Source of the DNA: Octopus bimaculoides
Lineage: Eukaryota
Assembly: GCF_001194135.2 (NCBI RefSeq)
Contig: NC_068981.1
Span: 181,418,605-181,452,143 of the forward strand
Direction of reading: 5' to 3'
Length of the DNA stretch: 33,539 bases
Shown here: piece by piece, positions 23,190 to 32,932 of the stretch
Layout of the letters: each line of letters begins with the position of its first letter
Numbering within the stretch: position 1 is the stretch's first letter
Notes under the pieces: generated by a model
Seen by the model: only the letters and a program-made list of their open reading frames with translations
Database searches by the model: none
What the model was told of the DNA's origin: nothing
Program-made: the position numbers and the translations under genes

Positions 23190-24300
23190 TTATGAACGAA
23201 GTGCGAACGTCAATGGTTTGTGATCTGTGAAAACCACAAAATCACGAATGAGAAAATGATAAAAATGCTTGACTGTTAGGTAAATGGCTAGCAACTCGCG
23301 CGCAAAGGTGCTGTATCTCGTTTCAAGATCCCTGAGCCGACGTGAAAAGAATGCCAAGAGTTGCAGGCGTTGATTAACAACTTGCTGTAATATCGCACCA
23401 ACTGCGAAATTTGAAGCATTAACGGTAAGTACGAGACATACCCCAGGAATCAGATGGGCTAGTGTAGCAACTTGAATTAAGTCTGACTTGATTGTCTGGA
23501 ATGCCAGCAATTCATCTGGTGAAAGGGAAATAGCTGCGTCTTTTTTCGTTCTGTTCTTTAAAAGATCAGTTAGAGGCAATAATTTCCGAGCACAATTAGG
23601 TAGGAAACGACGATAAAAGTTGATGAGACCGAAGAAGAGTTGGAGCTGACGGAGCGAAGGTCGAATGCCGTCGCAATCAACGACGTGTCCAAAAAATTCC
23701 AATGAAGATTTGCCAAAAACACATTTCGCCGGGTTGACTTTGACGTTGTACTGTGAGAGTCGCTGGAACGACTGAGAAAGATGCTGCTGATGTAATTCAA
23801 CCGTAGGACTGACGATGAGTATGTCGTCGATGTAAGCAAAAATACTTGGAAGTCCACGAGTAACTTCGTCGATAAAGCGCTGGAACGTACTAGCGGCGTT
23901 TCGCAGTCCGAATGGCATAGAAATTCAAATGAGCCAGACAGTGTTGTTACCGTGGTTTTGGTGGGCACATCTTCTGGATTCATTGGTATTTGATGGTACG
24001 CTTGTGCTAGGCCCAATTTGGAAAACATTGTGCAGTTATTCAGAGCAGATGAAAAATCCTGTAAATGAGGTAGTGGATATCTATCAGGGGTGGTGACGGC
24101 GTTGAGACGTCTGTAGTCTTCAACTGCGCAAAAGTCAGTGTCACCTTTGCGTGCCAAATGTAGGGGACATGTCATGCACATGGGCTGGTGGAAGGTCGTA
24201 TAAGGCCGAGCTGGAGCTTCTGCTCGAACTCGGTTCGAGCTATCTTGAGTTTTCCAGAGCTAACCGACATGGTCGAGAGAAAACAGGTGGACCGGTTGTT
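23190..24300 (-). pseudogene. Gypsy reverse transcriptase and RNase H
   Basis: DYRRLNAVTTPDRYPLPH, AYHQIPM, MPFGLRNAASTFQRF, YIDDILI, VNASNFAVGAILQQ (DAS->NAS), RELLAIY, FTDHKPL. Confidence 0.95.
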
Positions 24301-24800
24301 GAGATGAGGTGTTGAGTCGAGTTGGATTGCCTTGGTAGACTTGAAGGAAAGCTTCGTCAACTCGGGAAACGAAGCGGAGAGTGCGTGAAACTGGTTTTCG
24401 GCAGCAGCCACGAAGAATGACAGACTGATAATAACGGCGGTAGATTCACGGGCAGGTGTAGATAAAGATGTAGTACTATCCAGAAGTCTCTGGCTCCTAA
24501 CATCTACCAAAATTGAATAATGGTGTAGGAAATCTGCGCCGAGGATAGGATGAGGAAGGTCGGTGATGGTAAAAATCCATTTAAAGTTTCGACGTAAGGA
24601 TAGGTCCAATGATAAGGATATCTGGCCGTAGATCCTGATGGGAGACTGATTCACTGCATATAAAAAACACCGGTACGATTTGGCTTGGTAGAGATGAACC
24701 TTAAGGGCCAAACACTGCAAGTCGATCCTGTGTCTACCATGAACGACTTGTGTGAGACAAGATCCCTGATGAAAAAAGCACGATAAGGCGAAATGTTATG
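24300..24800 (-). pseudogene. Gypsy aspartic protease region
   Basis: AFFIRDLVSHKSFMVDTGSTCSVWP (DTG active site); LRRNFKWIFTITDLPHPILGADFLHHY. Confidence 0.9.
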
Positions 24801-24849
24801 GGAGAGACCTGACGTGCCCAGACTCTCCGAATTCAGTTTACCGAGGCCC

Positions 24850-25532
24850 CAAATGAACAGGGCTTAACACACCAACGTGCGTTCTCTTTGAACCTTGAAT
24901 GGTACCAACACAGCTAGAAACTGGTGGCGGCGGGCTGGAACGGCGGCGAGAAGAGCGACTATGCGAGCGATGCCGAAATGTCGCACGTGCGCAACACAGA
25001 TTAGCGACTTCGCGTGTTAAGCGTTCAATGGCTCTTAACGTGGCATCTTCGCCTGTTGAGGTAGGCTGTGATGTAGAGACGAAGAAGAAAAGCAACGACT
25101 CTATCAGCCGTAGTGGGACTACGAGAAAACTCCACAATCCTGTCCGCCGAGGCGGCAACTTGGTCGATAGTACTTGCGTCAACCGTATTAGCTAGTATCG
25201 TCTGTACATTGTTTGACAGCCGGGAGAAGAACATCTCCTTGACGAACGAGCTGTCCTCAAGATGTTATTCCTGAAGTAGGGTGCAGAACCGACTTTCTGA
25301 TGACTTGGAGTTCCATCTCAGAACTTCTGATTTGAAAGAATCATAGGAGGTGCCTTGTGGAGGTTGGTGATGAGATCATTTACGGTAGAAACTAAAGAAG
25401 CAGGAATACTACTAATCAGGTATGCATTTTCTGTTGTGAAGATTGTACGCAATTTGCAGCAAAATAAGAATCGAGTTGGGCAAACCACATCTTAGCATCA
25501 CCTGCATATGCTGGAATAGCGATAGAACTCAT
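24850..25532 (-). pseudogene. gag: Gypsy gag remnant
   Basis: ATG at 25532: MSSIAIPAYAGDAKMWFAQLDSYFAANCVQS (typical ..WFxQLE.. gag start); later QEMFFSRLSNNVQTILA...VAASADRIVE and ..CWYHSRF..; many stops. Confidence 0.8.
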
Positions 25533-25626
25533 CGTAAGGATGCTTTTGTGACAGTGATGTGAAGTAGAAATTCACCGAAGATGAAACGATCAGAAAGAAC
25601 TGGTGAGAAGGAACCTTAACTCACAC

Positions 25627-25687
25627 AATATGCTTTATTATTAAAGCTGCAGAAACATCACAAATATATCACAAAAAAATGTTACTC
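25627..25687. mobile_element. Fragment of the same Penelope-type pseudo-LTR family as 29895-30150
   Basis: AATATGCTTTATTATTAAAGCTGCAGAAACATCAC...GTTACTC aligns with 29949-29997. Confidence 0.65.
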
Positions 25688-26520
25688 GAAATCCGCGATG
25701 TGGCAACACGTATTCGCGTCCTGCTACATTTACATGTAATCATTTTGGAAGATTGTATTTTTATCAGTGAACAATAGTGTACTATAGGATCGATATGATT
25801 AGCTAAAATACTCAGATAATCCTTGGCGTTAATTCTGCCGTGTAGAACAAACTAAAGGGCCCACAGAAAATCATTCCTTTGAAAGTGATGTCCCAGCATG
25901 ACCGCAGTCCAATGACTGTAACCAGTAAAAGTGTGAATAAACAAAGAATGCTGAGGCGCGGATATCGCATCTGATTTAAATATTAAGATTCATTTACTTG
26001 CAATGGATACCTCGCGAAACAGCGAGTGGTGGTTTCTCTTAGAAATAAAGCACGTAAAGTAAACAGGTAAAAAGACTGTAGATATCTAGCGCATGCGTAT
26101 TGACTATGTAGCAAGAATATTTCCATTTGTATTTGTAGTTGTAAATGGATGTTTTTGTATGTATGTAAACATGAATTTATGTTTGTGTGACTACGAGGAA
26201 ATTTTGGCTTTTTATAATTAATGACCATTAAACATCTTATTCATGAAGCTAGTTCTAGCAGTGACTCACAAGATAATAAACTCGCCCTCAGCTTGCCATA
26301 AAACTTTAATTATATCCACCAACCAAAATATTTCATATTTTATCTTTTTTAGTTTTCAAATGCAAGCTGATAAAAAGAAGAAAAAAACATTGATAAATAT
26401 TCTTCCCAGAGTTGAAAATGGATATTTATTAGTCCTGCTAGATAGGAATTACCATAAGTAAGCTGTTCCCAGAGAAGCAAGTTAGAAGAACGTCTTGAAA
26501 TATAATGACTACTTCTAGTA

Positions 26521-26534
26521 GTTACCATGGTAAC
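26521..26534. promoter_or_regulatory. RFX X-box motif GTTACCATGGTAAC inside a 22-bp perfect palindrome
   Basis: Exact match to the established palindromic X-box consensus GTTRCCATGGYAAC; function not shown. Confidence 0.4.
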
Positions 26535-27395
26535 TACTGCTTATTTGTATACGCAATAAGCTAGTGAAAATAAATACGTCTGCTGTGATGAGGTTTCGTG
26601 GCTTACATGGATCTTAACACCTGCAGATAAATAAATAAATAAACAAATAAAAAGAAAAAAAAATGAAATATAATTAAATTAAAAATGGTTTACTGGTTAA
26701 CGGTTTGACTACTTTATACGCGCTAATAACCAACATAGAACAGTGTAAGAATTTAACTGTTGCCGATAGCTCATATAAAGTTATAACTATATCGCATCTG
26801 ACGCAACTCATTATTTCAGTAGCTCCTTGCATTTTTTAATCAAGTAGGTCAAAAGAGAGAATAGCTATTTACTGATATGAAATAATTCATCTCAAAACGA
26901 TTAGTACTGTTTAACTGCATCGTTTGGGAGCTAAAATACTTAGTCGCTGATTGTTGTTTCAAAGTCTGTCTAGTAATTATATGGAAACAGGTGGAACAGC
27001 ACACAAAGAACAGTCTTCGCTAAGACCGTTAACCGAAAATGTAGACGGAGAAATGAACCACCTGTTATAGAAAAACAGAGAAGTTATGCCAACATTAAAA
27101 TGGAGGGATGTGCAAGGAATATGTTCTCTTGGTTTGGATACGATTCTTCATTAACCGTACAAGACAGAAATAGAAAGAGAAAGAGAGAGAGAGGAGAATA
27201 ATAACTGAAGAGGACAGAAAACATAGAACAGGTTGTATTTTTTTTTAAAGATTAGCAATGATTTCAGGCCTGATTAGACTGATTTAGAATCAGACGAATG
27301 ACGTATTAAACAGAATTTGTAGTAATTGAAATCAGTCATTGCGTAACCATGTCAAGCGCTAGTGATTACAGCTGTGTATGTATATATGTGTGTTT

Positions 27396-27398
<3 letters not shown>

Positions 27399-27454
<56 letters not shown>
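27399..27454. repeat. (TG)n microsatellite
   Basis: Directly visible. Confidence 0.95.
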
Positions 27455-27458
<4 letters not shown>

Positions 27459-27469
27459 ATATACATATA

Positions 27470-27530
27470 TAGGCGCAGGAGTGACTGTGTGGTAAGGAGC
27501 TTGCTTCCCAACCACATGCTTCCGGGTTCA
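27470..27530 (+). mobile_element. SINE family A head running into an N-gap
   Basis: GGCGCAGGAGTGACTGTGTGGTAAGGAGCTTGCTTCCCAACCACATGCTTCCGGGTTCA. Confidence 0.8.
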
Positions 27531-28572
27531 NNNNNNNNNNNNNNNNNNNNNNNNNNNNNNNNNNNNNNNNNNNNNNNNNNNNNNNNNNNNNNNNNNNNNN
27601 NNNNNNNNNNNNNNNNNNNNNNNNNNNNNNNNNNNNNNNNNNNNNNNNNNNNNNNNNNNNNNNNNNNNNNNNNNNNNNNNNNNNNNNNNNNNNNNNNNNN
27701 NNNNNNNNNNNNNNNNNNNNNNNNNNNNNNNNNNNNNNNNNNNNNNNNNNNNNNNNNNNNNNNNNNNNNNNNNNNNNNNNNNNNNNNNNNNNNNNNNNNN
27801 NNNNNNNNNNNNNNNNNNNNNNNNNNNNNNNNNNNNNNNNNNNNNNNNNNNNNNNNNNNNNNNNNNNNNNNNNNNNNNNNNNNNNNNNNNNNNNNNNNNN
27901 NNNNNNNNNNNNNNNNNNNNNNNNNNNNNNNNNNNNNNNNNNNNNNNNNNNNNNNNNNNNNNNNNNNNNNNNNATATATATATATATATATATAGATAAC
28001 AAAAGTAATTACCACCCCAGTCAGACTCACATACCGATAGAAGTCTTTAACCCCAAAGAAACAATATAACGTGAAGATTAACTCTAGTGCATCATAGTCC
28101 GACGATGGCTAATTCGAATGGCTAAAACTTCGAAATCGCTGTCAGCAATATTCTTGTTTAAGAATAAACTACACACACACACACATACACAAGAGTAAAC
28201 AACAGAAAAACATTAATTTTGCTGATGATTCCTATTTCAGTTGTTTTGAACAGCTGTTTCAGCGGAACAAAAACATCTTCATTTATAGAATTACGTAATT
28301 AACATATATGACCACATAATTCATTTAAATGTGATGTGCTACTCGTCTCATCAGGAGAGAAAGTCGAAATCACACATGCATTCATAAGCTCACACATTAA
28401 CTCCGAAGTACTAAAGAAACATGTTCGCACAAAACATATAACTGCGGGTATATACACGTACATACATATGTAGTGAAACTACCTATCGCCATTATATACA
28501 AACAAACCATCTTCTCCCACTGTTATAAATATATTCAAGTTCGGGCGTAGTAGAGAGCAGCCTACTGTATCC

Positions 28573-28670
28573 ATCACGTGACTGATTATTATTTGAAGCG
28601 GCAACTGCCTCGTACCGTTCCCGCCAGAACGCAAATCGACCAATCACAGCCCCTAATAAGGTCACGTGAT
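28573..28670. promoter_or_regulatory. Promoter-like module: two inverted ATCACGTGAC E-boxes flanking a CCAAT box
   Basis: ATCACGTGAC 28573-28582, GACCAATCAC 28638-28647, GTCACGTGAT 28661-28670; locally CpG-rich. Could be an LTR U3. Confidence 0.35.
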
Positions 28671-30023
28671 AGTGTTCTTCTAATGCTTTCCNNNNNNNNN
28701 NNNNNNNNNNNNNNNNNNNNNNNNNNNNNNNNNNNNNNNNNNNNNNNNNNNNNNNNNNNNNNNNNNNNNNNNNNNNNNNNNNNNNNNNNNNNNNNNNNNN
28801 NNNNNNNNNNNNNNNNNNNNNNNNNNNNNNNNNNNNNNNNNNNNNNNNNNNNNNNNNNNNNNNNNNNNNNNNNNNNNNNNNNNNNNNNNNNNNNNNNNNN
28901 NNNNNNNNNNNNNNNNNNNNNNNNNNNNNNNNNNNNNNNNNNNNNNNNNNNNNNNNNNNNNNNNNNNNNNNNNNNNCTTCTACACGTACACTAGCTATCA
29001 ACAGCTAACCAAACTACCGCGGCACTTCTCTCTTCGATCCTGTTTGTGCGATTCACCTTCGCCACGAAATAACAGCCAAGAGCCCAGCCTGCGAAGAACA
29101 TCTGTACTCAAGAACCCGGCTTGGTATGGAAGCCCTAACATCACAACTAGTGATCGCTCTGCCACACACGCCTTAACTTCTTATACAGACACTTACCACT
29201 GTGTACTCTAAGAACTGGTACCTTAAATCCTTATACGTGTTACTGACTCATATTCAATACTGTGTATCTCTCGTACTCACATACATGTATCACTTACACA
29301 CACTCTTTTCTTTACATGACGGCCTGTCTTTTATTGTTTTTTCATTATGTCGAATTCACACTCACACACAGACATACATTTTAATGCTCCAATAAATATT
29401 ACTGTTATTCATCTTTATCGGTTGTGTTCCATCGTCTTCCTTACTGGCATTTACGACTTCTCTATGTTATCGAAGTATAACATATTTATATCATTTGATA
29501 TATTTTGTGTTCGACCGTGTGACGCGTTTAAGAAAGGAGCCCTGTTTTTCCATTCGTCACCATTTCTCCTTTTGGGTTCGCACGGTCGTTCTTACACATA
29601 TATGCACACGCTGACTTGATTACATATTTAGAAATCCTGGGAATCACCCAACTTTAAAAGTCTTGTCACTTTGATAGAGACTGATTTGAATTCCTTGAAG
29701 AAATTAAATAAATCGCAGGTAAGAAGTTTGCTTCCCAACCACATGCTTTCAGGTTCAGTCCCACTACGTGGCACCTTGAACAAACGTCTTCTACTATAGC
29801 CTCGTGCTGACCAAAACCTTGTGAGTAGATTTGGTAGACGGAAACTGTAAGAAGCTCTTCGTATATATGTATATATATATATACACCAGAGTAAGGACAT
29901 AAATATGAAACAAGGTGGAAAATAGTACTCGAATACCGGAGATAGAGTAATATGCTTTGTTAATAAAGCTGCAAGAGCATCTTAAAAACTGTTACTTAGA
30001 GTTTCATGTTCCTGACATCACAA

Positions 30024-30066
30024 AAACAGTTACTCAGTTTCACGTTCCCGTTCGTCGGACGGTTTT
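30024..30066 (-). ncRNA. Hammerhead-like motif, variant core (mirror copy)
   Basis: Minus strand AAAACCGT-CCGACGA-ACG GGAA CGT-GAAA-CTGAG-TA-ACTGTTT. U4->C only in the core; 2-nt deletion in stem III; one stem I mismatch. Confidence 0.5.
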
Positions 30067-30073
30067 GGTTGAG

Positions 30074-30117
30074 AAACTGTCCGACCAACGGGAACGTGAA
30101 ACTCTGAGTAACAGTTT
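30074..30117 (+). ncRNA. Hammerhead-like motif, variant core
   Basis: AAACTGT-CCGACCA-ACG GGAA CGT-GAAA-CTCTGAG-TA-ACAGTTT. Stems I and II are perfect, but the core has U4->C and G8->C. Confidence 0.5.
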
Positions 30118-30349
30118 TTGAGATGTTTTTGCAGCTTTATTAATAAAGTACACACAGACACACACACACACACACACACGCACACACACACACACACATT
30201 TGTGTGTGTGTCTTTGTGTCTGAGCTGTCCCCCACCCCACCTGGTGTTAGTGTGTTTACGTCCCCGTAAATTGGTGGTTCGGCAAAAGGGACCGACAGAA
30301 TAAGTACCAGGCTTTAAAAAATAAGTCTTGGGATTGATTCATCGACTAA

Positions 30350-30603
30350 TGTTATGACGTGGGTATACACGTCTGGTGTAAAATGGTATTACACAAATAA
30401 ATTGTTGGTTGTGGTTATCTAAAAATAATCTATCGCAGAAATACAAGTTAACACAGAACGCACTCCATACTGCTCGAACGTTGGTACGATACTCAGTATT
30501 CATTGTTCAACTACCAGCTGTTAAGCCAACACACGTCGACGGTTAACCAACACGGTCGAACTACCTTCAACTCCTTTCTTTATTGGGTACTACGGTCATA
30601 ACA
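30350..30603. mobile_element. Solo-LTR-like unit, TG...CA with 9-bp terminal inverted repeat
   Basis: Starts TGTTATGAC (30350), ends GTCATAACA (30603); AATAAA at ~30396. Confidence 0.6.
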
Positions 30604-30704
30604 TAGAAGGGGACGCTACAAGGACACACAACACAAAACGACGGGGTACATAAAACGAATGATGAAATACGAAATGAAATATTTTACTGTTTTAATTATA
30701 CATA

Positions 30705-30968
30705 TTAATTATCAGTCTTTTTGTCTGTTATATATTCCATGAGGTTCTCTAATTCCATCACATTGGGTAAACTGTCATATTGTATATATATCCCGGTAGG
30801 TTTTATCTTTGCTCCAAATATTTCCCTCAACCTGTCTTTTCTTTCTTCATCCACTAGTACTGCTCTTTCCTCTGGTTTGAACATCTCGTAATTTAGTTTA
30901 ACTCTTATTATGTTTTTCATTTTAGTTGGTCTCTTTTCCACTTCTATATCCTTATCATATCTTATCAT
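30705..30968 (-). CDS. Uncharacterised 87-aa ORF inside an LTR-like insertion
   Basis: ATG-to-stop ORF of non-low-complexity, charged composition in very AT-rich DNA; no family recognised. Confidence 0.3.
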   Translation of the reverse strand: MIRYDKDIEVEKRPTKMKNIIRVKLNYEMFKPEERAVLVDEERKDRLREIFGAKIKPTGIYIQYDSLPNVMELENLMEYITDKKTDN

Positions 30969-31824
30969 TGTTCTTATAGAACTACCTTCAACTCCCCTCG
31001 TTGACAGTTCACTCAGTTCTTATCTATTATAATCGGTTAGTTCCTCTTCAGTTACATGGGGGTGTTCAGGATTCTCCCATAATAATTAAATAAATTTTTC
31101 AAGGCCGTACCCCAGCATGGCCGCAGTCAAACAAGTAAAAAAGGGGGAACAAAGGGTATATAATATAATTTGTGTGCATGTGTGCGTGTATATGTATGTT
31201 TGTGAGAAAATTAACTAAACGGTTTATAATGACATAAATGTATGCAGGTGATCCCAGAGATAAGAGATGACAACGAGAATGAGAGTCTGAAATAGAATAA
31301 AAGTCACAGTGTGCGAGAAAATGCTTTTATCGATGCATGGCCGATATACTGGCAGTAGGTAACTTAGAAAGCCCAATATGGCGGTATGAATGCGTGGAAT
31401 GTACTAGGCTCATAGCAAGATGTCTTCAAAAATGCTTTGCACCAAAACGAAACGTCTTGATTGGTTAACAATAGCAAAGAAAATCATTGTCACATGGTGT
31501 TTCCTGCACGTTATCTGCTATGCTCATATTAACGTGTTTGTGTGACCTGTGAAATTTAGTGTCTACGTGTGAAATAAAATGTAGATCTAGTTTGAAGTCT
31601 TTGTACAGATTCTGCTAAGAAAGACATCAGACTATGTAATGAAATGCCCTCCCACTGTCTGTCTGTCTCTCTTTCTTTCTCTCACACTCTCTCTCTCCCA
31701 CACACACACGCACACGTGTGTGTATGTGTGCGTGCATAAATATATATATTACACACAAATACGCACATACATACACATGTGTACGTGTAAACACATTCAC
31801 ACACGCGCGCATAATATATGCATG

Positions 31825-32060
31825 AGACGTGCTCTGCCTAGCTAAGCTGTCTGAGCAGTAGCTTGGTTTCAGTGCTCAGGACGTTAGCCTGCTGGATGAC
31901 TTCGTTGTTGGTGATGTGTTCATTCCACGAGGTGTCCATGATGGAGCGTAGGAATCTCTGATGGAAGAGTTCCAGCAGCTCGACGAGCTTCCTGTACAGC
32001 ATCCAAGCTTCTAACCCATAGAATGGTGCAGTGATGATAACAACCTTGTAACAAGTAATA
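31825..32060 (-). mobile_element. RTE-clade LINE RT C-terminal fragment
   Basis: Manual translation YKVVIITAPFYGLEAWMLYRKLVELLELFHQRFLRSIMDTSWNEHITNNEVIQQANVLSTETKLLRQLS*AEHVS matches the RTE pattern LLYGxExW...FHxRCLRxI...WxDxxTNxEVL...LRWAGHV. Confidence 0.85.
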
Positions 32061-32189
32061 CTACCCAGTGTAGACGTTACTTTACAACTATACAGGAAGC
32101 AGACTAGATTATGTTAATCTACGTGGAGTACTAAATATAACAGTAACAGTCGTACATCTCTGTACAAATAATTTCTACTATATATATAT

Positions 32190-32480
32190 AGTAGAGATCA
32201 GGAAACTCTGAGAGCTTCCTGATCTGTATAAGAAAGACAGTTCTCGACTGCTCTAGGTCTTTGGCACACGCCACTGACCACACGCAACTCGTCTCTGACA
32301 ACGATGTATCTGACACCATCCAGTCTCCGCTTTTACCTCCACCAGACGTCTGCCTGCATCGTTGCTGTATAAACACCACACGACCAACAGACCAACAGCT
32401 GCCTCTACACACCACCAAACTGTACGTCAGCTTTGTCTACAAAATCAACAGTCCAGCTTGACTACGAAGTCTCTCACACA
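32190..32480. mobile_element. Possible solo LTR
   Basis: Begins (TA)GTAGAGATCAGG after a (TA)n tract, ends ...CTCTCACACA; non-coding with a TATAAA at ~32368; boundaries uncertain. Confidence 0.3.
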
Positions 32481-32615
32481 TCTTTGTTGTAACCTACTAT
32501 ATTTATTTTATTCCATGTATGGCAACCATTGTATTTTATTACGGAGAATAAATCGTCGCTTACCCATTCATTTTCATTTCAAGTCGTATATCATTTTTAC
32601 ATTTCCTTTATTTAC

Positions 32616-32705
32616 TCATCTTCGTTGTAAGAGTGTCGCGAAAGGCCTGGTTGGAGACGCAACATTTCGAGGTCTTTTACAGGACTTAGAAAATCTGAAG
32701 GGCCG
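32616..32705 (-). CDS. Candidate 90-nt internal coding exon of an unidentified gene
   Basis: Pyrimidine-rich acceptor ...CTCCTCTCACATTCACACACCTGCTGCAG, donor GA|GTAAAT, length divisible by 3, one frame open through the splice junction (GPSDFLSPVKDLEMLRLQPGLSRHSYNED); no homology recognised. Confidence 0.3.
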   Translation of the reverse strand, partial: RPFRFSKSCKRPRNVASPTRPFATLLQRR

Positions 32706-32932
32706 CTGCAGCAGGTGTGTGAATGTGAGAGGAGAATATGCTGAATAAAATCATAATTAACCGATCCTCCTACATTTTCTTTTACCCAAAGCCAGAAACT
32801 TTTTAGCACTCCCTTGTATGTATTATGTATGTATGTATGTATGTATGTATGTATGTATGTATGCCCACCTAAGAATCCATAAATCAGACAAAAAATGCAC
32901 TTGTATATCTCTCAGTAGTGTGGGTATATCAC

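Larger units (their letters stand above)
21958..25620 (-). mobile_element. Ty3/Gypsy LTR retrotransposon internal region (gag-PR-RT-RH-IN), frameshifted, LTRs not identified
   Basis: Domain order gag, PR, RT, RH, IN on the minus strand is diagnostic of Ty3/Gypsy; motifs are detailed in the sub-features. Confidence 0.95.
29895..30150. mobile_element. Palindromic Penelope-type pseudo-LTR insertion with two hammerhead-like motifs
   Basis: Inverted arms 29950-30012 / 30090-30150 and 30021-30066 / 30073-30120; sits within the SINE's (TA/CA)n tract. Confidence 0.65.
29718..31140 (+). mobile_element. SINE family A split into three parts (29718-29865, ~30200-30349, ~31090-31140) by two insertions
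   Basis: Head, middle (GTTTACGTCCCCGTAAATT...TAAGTACCAGGC...GACTAA) and tail (TTCAAGGC...CCAGCATGGCCGCAGTC...CAAGTAAAA) are collinear with the reverse complement of 789-1206. Confidence 0.75.

Noticed and set aside
25470-25490. Possible Gypsy PBS (TGGTTTGCCCAAC on minus)
   Set aside because: It encodes the gag WFAQL motif; it is not a primer-binding site.
26604-26617. 14-nt minus-strand microexon (TTTATCTGCAG|GTGTTAAGATCCAT|GTAAGC)
   Set aside because: Splice signals look good, but the poly-T tract is ordinary A/T-rich background here, and it gives a stop if joined in phase to the 32616-32705 candidate.
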